A stretch of 64,000 nt of DNA, from positions 8,143,051 through 8,207,050 of the forward strand of contig NC_057757.1 in the NCBI RefSeq assembly GCF_004010195.1, read 5' to 3'. The position numbers and the translations under genes were made by a program. The DNA comes from Chiloscyllium plagiosum. Its lineage: Eukaryota. Shown in pieces: positions 24,601 to 37,040 of this stretch (positions within the stretch are counted from its first letter, which is position 1; each line of letters starts with the position of its first letter). Under the pieces are notes generated by a model. That model made no database searches. It saw only the letters and a program-made list of their open reading frames with translations, and had not been told where the DNA came from.

Positions 24601-25850
24601 GTATCCTGAACCTGCAAACAAACTGCTCCAATCAACCCCTAGAAGCTCCTGTCCAATTCTATCAAAATTCGTCTTCCCTCAATTCAGAACTTGAACCTGT
24701 GGATCAGTTTGGTCCCTCTGCATAACTATCGTGAAATGAATGGAACGGTGGTCACTGGTCACAAAGTGTTTCCCCACTGTTTTATGTTCTGTGTCCCCTC
24801 TATGACCTGTCCTGCCCCATTTCCCAAAAGGAGATCGAGGTTTGTTCTTCCTGAGTAGAGCCCTCGATATACTGCTTGGGGAAACCTTCCTGAATGTACT
24901 TAACAAATCCCATCCCATCTCAGCCCTTAACGTTATGGCACTCCCAGTCTATGATAGGGGAAATTAAAATCTATCTCAACTCTATTGCTCCTGTAAGTCT
25001 CCCCATTCTCCCTTCATATTTATTCCTTCAATTCCCGTTGACTGTTTGGGGTCCTACAGTGCTACCCCAATAACATCACCATCCCCTTCTTATTTCTTGG
25101 CTCCACCCCCAAAGCCTCACTGGATGACCCTTCAGTTATTTCATCTCGGCTTAATCAAAAATGTGACTCCCCCTCCCCTCCTTACACTCCCGCTGTCCCA
25201 CCTAAAGCAACAGTACCCTGGTATGTTAATCTGCCAGACCTGTCCTTCTCTTAGCCATGTTTCTGTAACGGGTACAATCTACCAGACTCACATACCTATC
25301 CACTCCCTGAGTTCATCAGCCTTCCCGGTCAGCCTCTTGCATGGAAGTTGACGCAATTTAATCCACTAGGTATTCCTCGCTCCCTGTTATGTTCCAGTCT
25401 GACTTGCCCCTTAAATTCCCTCTTTCTGATTACTGTATCTCCTTGAGCCTCACACTTGCCTCCCTGCTGTTGGGGATCCCACCCCCCTGCCAATCTAGTT
25501 TATACCCTCCCTTGGAGCATGAGCAAACCTGGCCGCCAAGATATTGGTCCCCTTCCAGTTCAGGTGCAACCCGTCCCTCTTAGACAGTTCTCCTATGCCC
25601 CAGAATAGATTCCAATGATCTCAAAATCTGAATTACTGCCCCCTGTACCAATTCTTTAGCTACACATCCATCTGCTGTATCCTGCTGTTTTCCCCTCATC
25701 AGCGCTTGGCATTGGAAGTAAGTTGGAGATTATCACCAATGAGCTCCTGTTTTTTAACGTTCTTCCGAGCTCTCTGTAACCACTCTGCAGGACTTCATCG
25801 CTATTTTTGCCTCTGTCATTTGTGCCAACGTGAATAATGACGTCTGGCTG
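21700..25850 (-). mobile_element. Long decayed CR1 LINE (ORF1 end, APE endonuclease, RT, 3' tail)
   Basis: HFVTSDHRSIHF, VLNEHFS, KSPGPD, SQHGFVNGRPCLTDLLELFDEVT, ISKFADDSKIG; spans the gap at 23802-23948. Confidence 0.9.
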
Positions 25851-26510
25851 NNNNNNNNNNNNNNNNNNNNNNNNNNNNNNNNNNNNNNNNNNNNNNNNNN
25901 NNNNNNNNNNNNNNNNNNNNNNNNNNNNNNNNNNNNNNNNNNNNNNNNNNNNNNNNNNNNNNNNNNNNNNNNNNNNNNNNNNNNNNNNNNNNNNNNNNNN
26001 NNNNNNNNNNNNNNNNNNNNNNNNNNNNNNNNNNNNNNNNNNNNNNNNNNNNNNNNNNNNNNNNNNNNNNNNNNNNNNNNNNNNNNNNNNNNNNNNNNNN
26101 NNNNNNNNNNNNNNNNNNNNNNNNNNNNNNNNNNNNNNNNNNNNNNNNNNNNNNNNNNNNNNNNNNNNNNNNNNNNNNNNNNNNNNNNNNNNNNNNNNNN
26201 NNNNNNNNNNNNNNNNNNNNNNNNNNNNNNNNNNNNNNNNNNNNNNNNNNNNNNNNNNNNNNNNNNNNNNNNNNNNNNNNNNNNNNNNNNNNNNNNNNNN
26301 NNNNNNNNNNNNNNNNNNNNNNNNNNNNNNNNNNNNNNNNNNNNNNNNNNGATTGTAATTGGGGAGAAGAGATAGGGTTAACTAGTCAGGACATGTCCTG
26401 CTCATGTACACATTCCCTTTACAGTTTTTGATTTCATTACTTTTGTTTGTAGTTGTAATTAGGCTCATTAACTTGGGAATTGATTTTCTGATCTGATGAA
26501 TTCTGCCTCC

Positions 26511-26517
26511 TATAAAT
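26511..26517 (+). promoter_or_regulatory. TATA box candidate for gene B
   Basis: TATAAAT 96 bp upstream of the ATG at 26607; in-frame TAA upstream at 26556. Confidence 0.55.
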
Positions 26518-26606
26518 AATGGAAGTTTTCTCAATTTCTCAAAGAGAGAACTTGCTAATCCCTGACAAAAATCATCAAAATAACTGTAATTTACAAAAGG
26601 GAAACC

Positions 26607-26703
26607 ATGTCTCTTAGTTTTATGGTCAAGCTGAAGATTTTGTGGGCGATCACTGATATACAGAGGATTTACTACCCGGTCTTAGCTGCTGTTGGTGTCC
26701 CGG
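26607..26703 (+). CDS. GPR139-like: GPR139-like receptor B, coding exon 1 (MSLSFMVKLKILWAITDIQRIYYPVLAAVGVP plus phase-1 G)
   Basis: ACCATG start; TM1 start YYPVLAAVGVP; donor G|GTAAGT at 26704; joins exon 2 in frame as GVP-V-N. Confidence 0.9.
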
Positions 26704-27491
26704 GTAAGTTACACGCGAAGGATGATGTCTTAAGAAGCGGAGTATAACCATATGTGTTATCTTAATTATTGTGACACTTTTCTTTGATCTGTCTTGCGTT
26801 TCAGCAATGACCAGCCATCAATAAGAATTCCGTTTTTCAATAAGAATTCATTAACATCATACCATTTGTGAGGCAAAGAAACAGTCCCTGCTTTTCCTGC
26901 AATTAACCCCTTTCCTTCAGAACATTACTGCTGAATGCAGGTCTTCATCGCTCAGTTGGAAAGAGAGAGAGCAGATCATCAAGCAAGTGTTATGCCCTCT
27001 GACTGAGGGAGCTGATTGTTCACGTTGTTTCTGTAACTCCTTCCCAGGGATGATCAAAGCAGATGCTGTTGTAACAGCTATCGTAACAGTTTCTCATTGT
27101 CCCATTCATCCCAGGAAACAGTCTATTCGAGGGTCATCACTGCTTCTGTACGGGTGTGACAAGTTATTCTTTTTGATTCGTTCAATGCATGAGCAGCTGT
27201 GAAAGTGGTGAATTTTACATTGGTACACATGGCTTTCTGATTTTTGTTTGGCTGCACAGTTATCATTGCTTTTGACTGCAGTTTTTCCATTCTCTGACAA
27301 GCACCACATTTAGAATCCATCCAGATTAGAATGTTAACAGCGAATTTGTGAAAAAGTTTCAGTTTGATGCAAGAACATGGGATACCCATTAAGAATGAAT
27401 TTCAATATTGCACTTTAAATAAAGCAATGAAAAGCATTTCTTCATTATACCTGAGCAATAAATGAATTTTTTGTTATCTTCTTCTTTCAAG

Positions 27492-28384
27492 TTAATGTGA
27501 TTGCAATAACGATCCTCGTTCGGGGGAAATGTGGTCTTTCCAAATGTGTCACTCATTACCTGGTGGCTATGGCAACGGCAGATCTACTGGTCATTATCTT
27601 CGATCTGATACTACGACAAATTCCTATCACATATCGGGATGAGTTTCTTTTCCTACATTATGTCCCCTTGTGCAACATCCACGCTATTCTGCTTTATGCA
27701 GCCACAGACTGCTCTGTCTGGTTCACGGTCACGTTCACCTTTGATCGGTTTGTGGCCATATGTTGCCAAAAGCTGAGAAGTAAACATTGCACCAAGAAAA
27801 CAGCGGGTGTGGTTTTAGGAACAGTGACTGTGCTGAGTTGTTTGAAGAACATTTTCTGGTATTTCATGTATTCCTATCGATATTGGCTTTCTAATAGTCC
27901 ATGGTTTTGTCGAGTACATCCAAATGTAAGTGCATCAATTACCTGGACTATTGTTGAATTAATGCATTACATCATAACACCATTCATTCCATTTATTTTG
28001 ATTCTACTGTTAAACACATTGACAGTCAGAAACATTATATTAGCCAGCAGAGCTCGCAGGAGACTCCGGGCTCAGACGACTGGGGACAGTGTCAGTGACC
28101 CAGAGATGGGGAGTCGGAGGAAATCCATGATTATGTTATTTATTATATCTGGTAATTTCATCACGTTATGGGTGGTGTTCATTGCTTATTCCATACTGAA
28201 ACGATTTGATTACTTGGGATATCCAGTTCCTCTGCCAACATTTGTTAGTGAGATTGAGTTCATGCTCCCGCTCCTGAATTGCTGCACAAACACCTTTATT
28301 TATGCAGTTACCCAGAGGAAATTCAGGGAAGAGATGAAAAATGGAATAATATATCCCTTCACAATGTTTATCAAAATAATTTGA
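27492..28384 (+). CDS. GPR139-like: GPR139-like receptor B, coding exon 2 (spliced protein 329 aa, 7TM class A GPCR)
   Basis: Acceptor cttctttcaag|; YLVAMATADLLV (TM2), C3.25 in PLCNI, SVWFTVTFTFDRFVAIC (TM3), DPEMGSRRKS (ICL3), NTFIY (TM7); uninterrupted ORF. Confidence 0.93.
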
Positions 28385-28477
28385 TGATGTTTACTTGCCA
28401 ATGTTTGAAACACTAAATATATATTTTCTCTGGATTAAGATTCCAATCTGAGATCCAAGGTTTTATGTATGCTTGAG

Positions 28478-29160
28478 CTGAAAAATGTGTTGCTGGAAAA
28501 GCGCAGCAGGTCAGGCAGCATCCAAGGAGCAGGAGAANNNNNNNNNNNNNNNNNNNNNNNNNNNNNNNNNNNNNNNNNNNNNNNNNNNNNNNNNNNNNNN
28601 NNNNNNCGGAGAGGTCGGGAAGAAGATTGCAGGTCAAGAAGGCGGTGCTGAGTCCGAGGGTTGGGACTGAGATAAGATGGGGGGAGGGGAAATGAGGAAG
28701 CTGGAGAAATCTGCATTCATCCCTTGTGGTTGGAGGGTTCCTAGGCGGAAGATGGGGCGCTCTCCTCCAGGCGTCGTGTTGCCATGGTTTGGCGATGGAG
28801 GAAGCCAAGGACCTGCATGTACTTGGCGGAGTTGGACGGGGAGTTAAAGTGTTCAGCCACGGGGCGGTTGGGTTGGTTGGTGCGGATGTCCCAGAGGTGT
28901 TCTCTGAAACATTCCGCAAGTAGGCGGCCTGTCTCCCCAATGTAGAGGAGGCTACACTGAGTGCAGCGGATGCAGTAAATGATGTGTGCAGAGGTGCAGG
29001 TGAATTTGTGACGGATATGGAAGGATCCTTTGGAGCCTTGGAGGGAAGTGAGGGGGGAGGTGTGGGCACAAGTTTTGCATTTTTGCGGTTGCAGGGGAAG
29101 GTGCCGGCAGTAGAGGTCGGGTTGGTGGGGGGATGTGGACCTGACAAGGGAGTCGCAGAA
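28478..29160 (-). mobile_element. Penelope-like element: GIY-YIG endonuclease C-terminus and terminal repeat
   Basis: Minus strand reads TFPCNRKKCKTCAH...KFTCTSAHIIYCIRCTQCSLLYIGETGRLLAERFREHL...PVAEHFNS...GTLQPQGMN. Confidence 0.9.
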
Positions 29161-29674
29161 CGTTAAACCTCCCTGGAATTAGGGAATTGATCTCAATGAT
29201 CAGCTTGATTAGATCGAATGAGATAGCATGCTTGAGGGGCCAAATGGCCTATCTTTTATGTTTCTGTGTAATGTCTTCAGGGTCATTGACAAGACCCATG
29301 TTGGGTGGGAGAGAAAGCTGTGGGGGTGACCAAAGTGGCTGTGTCCCGATATGGGCAGCTTCACCGAGTAGGCAAGTCATTGGCAGATGAAAACTAATGT
29401 GGAGAAATCTCCATGTGCAGCACAGGTTTCCAAAATAACTCAGCGGCAGATTAAAAGCCCCGTTCCCTGCCCAGTCCCTACTTCCTGACCCAGGGAGGTT
29501 TTGTCCCTGATGAGGACAGGTTTCTGACTGGATATTATTACATTGCCACCTGATGGTGCTGAATGTAACAGAGTTTGCTACATCCCAACATATCATCCCC
29601 TTTGCTGTCTGTATCGGGTGAAGTATATTTCAAACACTGCCAGACTGAAATGAATGTGGTGACGTGATTCAGAG

Positions 29675-32600
29675 AACAGAAGAAGATAAAAACTAGGAGC
29701 AGGAGTGGGTCATCCGGCCCTTCGAGCCAGCTCCACCATTCAATATGGTCATGGCTGATCTTTTCAGGGCCTCAGCTCCACTTACCCGCCCTCTCACCAT
29801 ATCCCTTAATTCCTTTACTGTTCACAAATCTGTCTTTGTCTATAAAACACTCAACGAGGAAGCCTCAACCACTTCCCCGGGCAGGGAATCCCACACATTG
29901 CCAACACTCTGGGTGAAGACGTTTCTCTTCAACTCAGTCCGAAATCTGCTCCCCATCATTTTGAGGCCACACCCCTTGTTCTAGTTTCAACCGCCATGGA
30001 AACTATCTCCCTGCTTCTATCCGATCTATTCCCATCATCATTTTATATGTTTCTATAACATCCCCCCATTCTTCTAACAATATTCCAATTGCCTTCCTCA
30101 TCACCTGCTGGACCTGCAATCCAACATTTGTGATTCATGCACAAGGAGACCCAGTTCCCTCTGCACAGCAGCATGTTGCAATTATTCACCATTTAAATAA
30201 CCATCTATTTTGCCATTATTTCCATCAAAATGGATGACCTCACATTTACCCACACCGTACTGCATCTGCCAGCCCCTTACCCACTCACTGAACCTGTCTC
30301 TATCCCGTTGCAGATATTCAGTGTCCTCTGCACACTTTGCTGTCCCAGTGATCGTGGTGTCACCTGTGAACTTTAACACACTACACTTGGTCCCCAACTC
30401 TGAAACATCGATGTGAATTGTACGCATTCCAGTCCCAACACTGATCCCTGAGGCCGAGCACTAGCCCCTGATCACCAACCAGAAAAACACCCACTTATCC
30501 GCACACTTTGCTTTCTGTGAGTGAACCAATCTTCGATCCATGCTAATACAGGAACCAGAACACCGTGCACCTTGACCCTTTGGAGCAGCTCTTGTGTGGC
30601 ACCTTGTCAAATGCCTTGTGGAAATCCAGATACACCACATCCACCAGTTCCCCTTTACACCATAAGACCATAGGACAGAGGAGCAGAAATTAGGCCATTC
30701 AGCCCATCAAGTCTGCTCTGCCTTAGGTTTTACATCCCCATTCTCTCGCTTTCTTACTGTAACCCTTTATCCCCTTGGCAATCAAGAACTTATCTATCTC
30801 AGTTTTAAATAGCCTCAATGACCTGGCCTCTACAGCTTTGAATTCCAGAGATTCCCCACTCTCTGGCTGAAGACATTTCTCCGTACCTCCGTTCTAAAAG
30901 GTCTTTCCTTTACCTAAGGCTGTGCCCTTGGGTCCTCACTTCTCCTACCAATGGAAACATCTTCCCAATGCTCACTCTGTCCAGGCCGTTCAGTATTCTG
31001 AAAGCTTCAATCAGATTCCTCCCTTGTCCTTCTAAACTCCATCAAATATAGTCGCAGAGTCCTCAAACATTCCTCATTTGTTCAGACTGTCATTCCTGGG
31101 ATCATTCTCATGCACCTCCTCTGGACCCGCTCCAGAGCCAGTACATCCTTCCTGAGGTACGGGACCCAAAATTACTCACAATACCCGAAATATGGTCTGA
31201 CAAGAGCTTTTCAGAGCCTCAAAAGTACATCCCCTTTTTTATATTCAAGCCCTCTCGAGAGGAGTGACAACATTGTGTTTGCTTTCCCAACTACTGACTC
31301 AATCTGAACCTTTACCTGAACAGAAAACTGGACTAGGACTCCCAAGTCCCTCTGCACTTCTGATTTCTCAATTTCCTCCCCATTTAGTAAATAGTCCATG
31401 TCTCTGTTCTTCTGACCAAAGTGCATGACCTTGCACTTATCCACATTGTACTCCCATCTTCCACTTCTTTACCCACTCTCCTAACCTGTTCAAACCTTCC
31501 TGCAGCCTCCCCACCTCCTCAATGCTACCGGTCCCTCTACCTATCTTTACATTGTCTGCAAATCTAGCCAGAATGCTGTCAGTTCCTCCATCCAGATCAT
31601 TAATGTTTAAAGTGAAACGTTGTGGTCCCAACACTGACCCTTGTGGAACATCACTTGTCACCATCTACAATCCTGAGATGGCCCCTTTTATCCCCACTAT
31701 CTGCTTCCTGCCAGACAGCCAAGATTCTATCCATGCTAGTATCTGGACTCGAACACCATGGGCCCTTGTCTTCCTCACCAGTCTCCTGTGCAGCACCTGG
31801 TCAAAGGCCTTGTGGAAGTCCAGATAGATAACTTCCATTGGCTCTCATTGGTCTAATCAGCTCATTATTTCCACAAAGAATTCGAACAGATTTGTCAGAC
31901 ATGACCTTCCCCTGATGTAACCATGCTGACTTTGCCCTATTTTGTCATGCACTTCCAAGTATTCAGAAAGCTCATCCTTCCTAATGGACTCTAAAATCTA
32001 ACCATCACACGAGGTCAGGCTAATTGGCCTAGAGTATCCTCTCTTTTACCTTGCTTCATTCTTAAACTGGGGGTTACATGACAGTGATTTTCCAAACCCC
32101 TGCGACAGTTCCTGACTCCGGTGATACCTGATAGATCACCGTGAAAGCCTTCACTTTCTCTTCAGCACTCTCCTTCAGGGTGGAGCCTGTCACGTCCAGG
32201 GGATTTATCCATCATCAGAACTTCCAGATTTTCTAGCAACTTCTCATTAGTGATGGTCACCCCACTCATCTCTGCCAACCATCCCCTCCCCACCTGAACT
32301 TTTGGGATTTTACTCATGTCTTCCATCGCAAAAACTGATACAACGTACTTTTTCAGTTCCTCAGCTATTTCTTTGTTCCCCATGGATTTGGATCAGCACA
32401 GGCTTGGAGGGCTGAAAGGCCTGTTCCTGCGCTGTAAAGTTTCTTTGTTCTGTGTACAACTTCTCCTGCATCATTTTTCAGCAGCTCGATGGGCATTTTC
32501 TCCTCTCTGTTGCCCTTTGAATATTGAAAGAAACCTCTGCAATCTTTCCTAATATTAATGGCTAGCTCACCCTCATATTTAATCTTCTCTCTCCTTACAT

Positions 32601-32810
32601 CTTGCTTTGCCGCCCATTGTAAGCTTCCCAATCCTCTGGTTTCCCACTGCCCTTCCCCACATTATGTGCTTTCTCTTTTGCTTTTATACTACCCCTGCCT
32701 TCCCCAGTCAGCCATCGCTGCCTCATCTTCCCTGTCCCACGCTTCATTTCTCTCGGGATTAATCTCCTCTGTGTCTCCTGAATTACTCCCAGAGCTCTGT
32801 ATACTTTGTC
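29675..32810 (-). mobile_element. Stack of nested, decayed CR1-clade LINE fragments
   Basis: VTSDVPQGSVLGP, RFADNVKIG, KCKVMHFG, KCEVIHF, KSPGRD, FFQY.KG; several 3' tails, e.g. at 30660-30720. Confidence 0.88.
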
Positions 32811-33040
32811 CACTTACTGTTTAAAATAAATTAAGAGTGTGAGACTGAATATCTTCTCCTATTGCTTCATTTGAAGAACACGCAGGACTGGGCTCACACA
32901 TAGAAGAAAGTGAGTTGGTAGATTCAGCCAAAGTCCTACATGACACACCCACCTGTATTGACATGCGAGGGAAGGGGGAGTCTAGAAGCACTGGTCACAA
33001 CTGAAAAATATCCAAACATTGGTTGATCATCCTCACCCTC

Positions 33041-33789
33041 TGCTTTCTTTTCAGACTGACTCCTGTCGAGACCTGCTGACGATGTGTGTGTGTGCGCAGT
33101 TGTTGTGAACGGTCTGAGAATGTGGGCTGTTGTGTGCGGGCGGTACAGCCTTTGGCCCATTGTATAGCACCGCTCGGGAAGCTCCGAGATGGTCCTGTTT
33201 ATTGTTGCCTTCGCCCTTTGCCTGGTAGCCACTGGGGGGCAGCACCAAATGGATTGTGCAACCCTCGGTCCTGTTCACCGGAGTAGGCGCGGGGTTCCAT
33301 GTTAATACAGACCTGGCCATGTTCTGTCAGCACACACAGCAAAATAACATCTCGAAATGCTGGGTGTGTACTCGAATCCCTGCACACTCTATTGGGGGGA
33401 TTCCCCTGAGTCCCATTCCGTTTAATAAATCCAAAACGGTGGAATGGTGATTGGACCAGAACAGACCCTCACATTTATTCATTTGGGGGATGGGCGGGGG
33501 TTAGGTTTGACAGAGAATCTCTCGGGTCATTCATGCGAGGCCCTGACCAGACCATTTCTGCTGCCAATGATGAGGTCACCTGGGAGACCACGGGCTATAA
33601 CATGCAAAACTATCAAGGTTGGTTCCAGCCTCACTACATCCTTTAACATACACCCCTCTGGCTCTGACCCTCACAAACACCGCGGGTGAAGGAAGGCCCA
33701 CGGGGGCGATTTGTTTTAAATGTAATCGCACATCAGGGTGGAATGCCAGAACCAGCAAATGTTCCCGTTCCCTGCTCCTTACCCCGTCC
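33041..33789 (+). mobile_element. ERV envelope (SU) pseudogene, gamma-type CXXC
   Basis: Splice-acceptor-like tgctttcttttcag (ends 33054); ATG at 33189 gives MVLFIVAFALCLVATGG (signal-like)...HRSRR, then a frameshift into HVNTDLAMFCQHTQQNNISKCWVCTRIPAHSIGGIPLSPIPFN. Confidence 0.72.
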
Positions 33790-34195
33790 NNNNNNNNNNN
33801 NNNNNNNNNNNNNNNNNNNNNNNNNNNNNNNNNNNNNNNNNNNNNNNNNNNNNNNNNNNNNNNNNNNNNNNNNNNNNNNNNNNNNNNNNNNNNNNNNNNN
33901 NNNNNNNNNNNNNNNNNNNNNNNNNNNNNNNNNNNNNNNNNNNNNNNNNNNNNNNNNNNNNNNNNNNNNNNNNNNNNNNNNNNNNNNNNNNNNNNNNNNN
34001 NNNNNNNNNNNNNNNNNNNNNNNNNNNNNNNNNNNNNNNNNNNNNNNNNNNNNNNNNNNNNNNNNNNNNNNNNNNNNNNNNNNNNNNNNNNNNNNNNNNN
34101 NNNNNNNNNNNNNNNNNNNNNNNNNNNNNNNNNNNNNNNNCTGATTATTACTGGATGGTGGTGGTCTGTTCATCATGCTCCTGCATGTCTCGGAC

Positions 34196-34420
34196 CACAA
34201 GGGGGGAACTGAAAACAGGAACGAACTAAACAAGAAATACTTACAGAACACAATGGCGATCTCTGCGTGTGCATGGACAGAACACAAGACACCACCTTTT
34301 GCGGTCTTTTGTTGTCCGCGCCATCCAGACTATAAAAACTGCTGTACCTGATGTTCAAGGAGGGACGGCCTGGTCAAGTTCCACGGTTAGGGGCACAATC
34401 ACGCTGACCCTCCCAATAGG
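34196..34420 (+). mobile_element. Putative PPT and truncated 3' LTR of the env-bearing ERV
   Basis: acaaggggggaac followed by TG at 34210; TATAAAA at 34331. Confidence 0.45.
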
Positions 34421-34429
34421 TTTTGAATT

Positions 34430-34850
34430 AGTACATTTGATTTACTTACTTCCAACTGTGAATTTTATTAATTTTGGTACAACACTACCCAATCAATTAA
34501 CACCCTTGTAAAATGTTCCCCAAATGAGGGAATTGATATTAAAGTTGCTGACTTTATCACTGCCTGAAAGTTTCCAATTTCTCGACGCATATTAAACGTC
34601 TTCCAAAATTCGACTACATCTTTACACAGTCCAGGCCAATGAAAATGTTCTTGGATTTTGACATGAGTTCTCCTTACTCCCAAATAGCCTCCTCCTGCTA
34701 ATTTATATCTACAACATTTCCTTTCCAAATCACACCGGGAATACAACTTGACGACCTGCTGCCCATTTCCCATCCGCCTGAATGTGTGATGGTCTCCACT
34801 TCCTCAGGAAGGCCTCATTTAGAAGATAGGAACATTCTGGGGTCTCTTCA
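34430..34850 (-). mobile_element. Ty3/Gypsy integrase N-terminal (HHCC) remnant, same family as 4190-5605
   Basis: AGGGYLGVRRTHVKIQEHFHWPGLCKDVVEF...VIKSATLISIPSFGEHFTRVLID. Confidence 0.8.
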
Positions 34851-36119
34851 GATTCTGTGTTCTATATTCGATATTCTAATCACTGGCTAATGAAGACTAG
34901 CATCCCGTACACCTTCTTAACCATCCTGTCCACCTGTGCTAACAGCTTCAGGGATCTATGGACTTGTACACCAAGCTCCCTTTGCTCCTCAGTGCTCCCC
35001 TCGGACCTGCCATTTATTTGACCCCTCCAGCCTTTTCCACAATTCATGGTGATGTGGCTGATCCAACATCCCTCACGGCCACTTTCCTGCCCTTTCCCTG
35101 TAACCCTTGATTCCCTGACTGATCACCGATCTATCTCTGATGGAGATAAACTCAAAGCATTAGCCTGCCCTCTCTCCATGGATGCTGTCTGACCCGCTGT
35201 GATTTCCAGCATTTTTTGTTTTCAGTACAGATCCCAGCATCTGCAGTAATTAGCTCCCACAAGGATCTCTCTCTCCCACAGTCTTAAATATACACAGGGA
35301 CTCTGCTCCCACAGCTCTCCCTGCGGCCGTCCCACCTTATTGATCCCCCATAAAACAAATCTTAATTTTTCATTTATTACCTCAGCTCGGTGTGTACGAC
35401 CTACATTTGCAATTTTGGGACAGAATTAGTCCTTGTTTTATTACCATTATCTGATTTGCATAATCACCAAAGTTTTCCATCAGCTGCCAATCTATTATCA
35501 TTATCTATTCTTTGACACTCTTATTGACCTGATGCTCAATTTCAATTTTTTGATGATGTTCCTAATCCTAAATTCTACTGTCAATCTCAATTATTATTAC
35601 TTTGTACATGAGATGTGGGGATCTCTGACTAAAACAGCATTTCTGGCCCATCATATATTTCCAAGTCAGGATGGTGAGTGGCCTTGAGGTGAATGTGCAG
35701 GGATTTCCGTTCTCATCTATCTGCTGCTCCTGTGCTTCGGATGGTAGAGTTTGTGGGTTAGGATGATGCTGTCTGAGGACCTTTGGTGAATTTCTGCAGT
35801 GCATCTTGTAGCTGGTCCACACTGCTGCTGTTGAGAAACAGTGGTGGAGGGAGTGTGTGTTTGTGGATGTGGTGCCAACTAAGCAGCTGTTTTGTCCTGG
35901 ATGGTATCAAACTTACCAGCTGTTGTTGGAGTTGCAGTCATCCAGACAAGTGGGGAGCATTCTGTCACACTCTTGACTTGCGCTCTGTAGATGGTGGACA
36001 GGCTTTGGGGAGTCAGGAGGTGAGTTACTTGTCGCAACATTCCAAACCTCAAACAAATGTGGCCTTGATATTAAAGGTAGTCAGTCGCCCCTCACCTGTG
36101 GGAATCAATTCATTAGGGG

Positions 36120-36560
36120 GCAGCAGTTCTTTAATGCTGGTTTTGAGGAGCTGGAGTTGGGTGCACTTCCCGCAGATGCAGATCGCAGGGACACGAGTGG
36201 TGACCCTTACCTCCCACATTCTACAGGAGGTACATTCAACTGCCCTAATCTCCATTCCCACTGTTCTAAATTCCCGAGACTACTGAGAAACTAAAGGAAA
36301 ATACTGAAACCAGGCAACTTACCAATTGGGGCACAGACCCCTTTTGTTTTGGTGAGAGGAGGAAGACGTTTTGGAGACACTCCCGAGTAGTTATTGGGTG
36401 AAAGCAACTGCCCAAATATAAAGCCTTACTTACCCAGCAGTCCCGTGTCTGCTCGTGCTCAGTGTGCGCTCCGTCTATACAAGAGGTAAACCTTTATATC
36501 CGTTTAAATTGACCTTCCCGTCGGCCCTCTGGTCCTCACTGTCACTCCTCCCACTCCAAC
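36120..36560 (-). mobile_element. CR1 5' end: 5' UTR and ORF1 N-terminal Cys-rich (zinc finger/leucine zipper) segment
   Basis: MEIRAVECTSCRMWEV...CICGKCTQLQLLKTSIKEL. Confidence 0.75.
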
Positions 36561-36579
36561 TGCCACCAGAAAAACACCA

Positions 36580-36940
36580 TTCAGGATGAAACAGCCGCTT
36601 GGTTGGCAACACATCCCCAGACATCCCCTCCCTCAATCACTGATGCTCAGTAGCAGCAGTGTTTACCATCTACACGGTGCACTGCAGAAATTCACCAAAG
36701 ATCCTCAGACAGCACCTTCCAAACCCACAAGCACTTCCACCTCGAAGAACAAGGGCAGCAGATAGATGGGAACATCACCCCCTTCAAATTCCCCTCTGAG
36801 TCACTCACCATCCTGATTTAGAAATATATTGTCATTCCATCAGTGTTACAGGCAGCTCAGCATTACCTTCTCAGGGGCAATTCGGCACGGGGGATAACTA
36901 CAGACTCAGTCAGTGATACCCACATCCCACGAGTGAATAA
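36580..36940 (+). mobile_element. Old LINE 3' region (same family as 7880-8612 and 35620-36050)
   Basis: accatctacacggtgcactgcagaaattcaccaaagatcctcagacagcaccttccaaacccac matches the reverse complement of those copies. Confidence 0.65.
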
Positions 36941-37040
36941 AACAAAATCATTTCATGGTTTGGAAACAGTCGGACCCTCCTGTGGGGTTCACTGAGGAGT
37001 TTTATTTATTCACAATGCAATGAATCCGTGTAACCAGGTA

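Noticed and set aside
27492..28384. Assignment as the true GPR139 ortholog, or as an OR/TAAR/V1R
   Set aside because: Multiple divergent paralogs lie in tandem and no OR-type MAYDRYVAIC motif is present; only family-level GPR139/142 similarity is supportable without a phylogeny.
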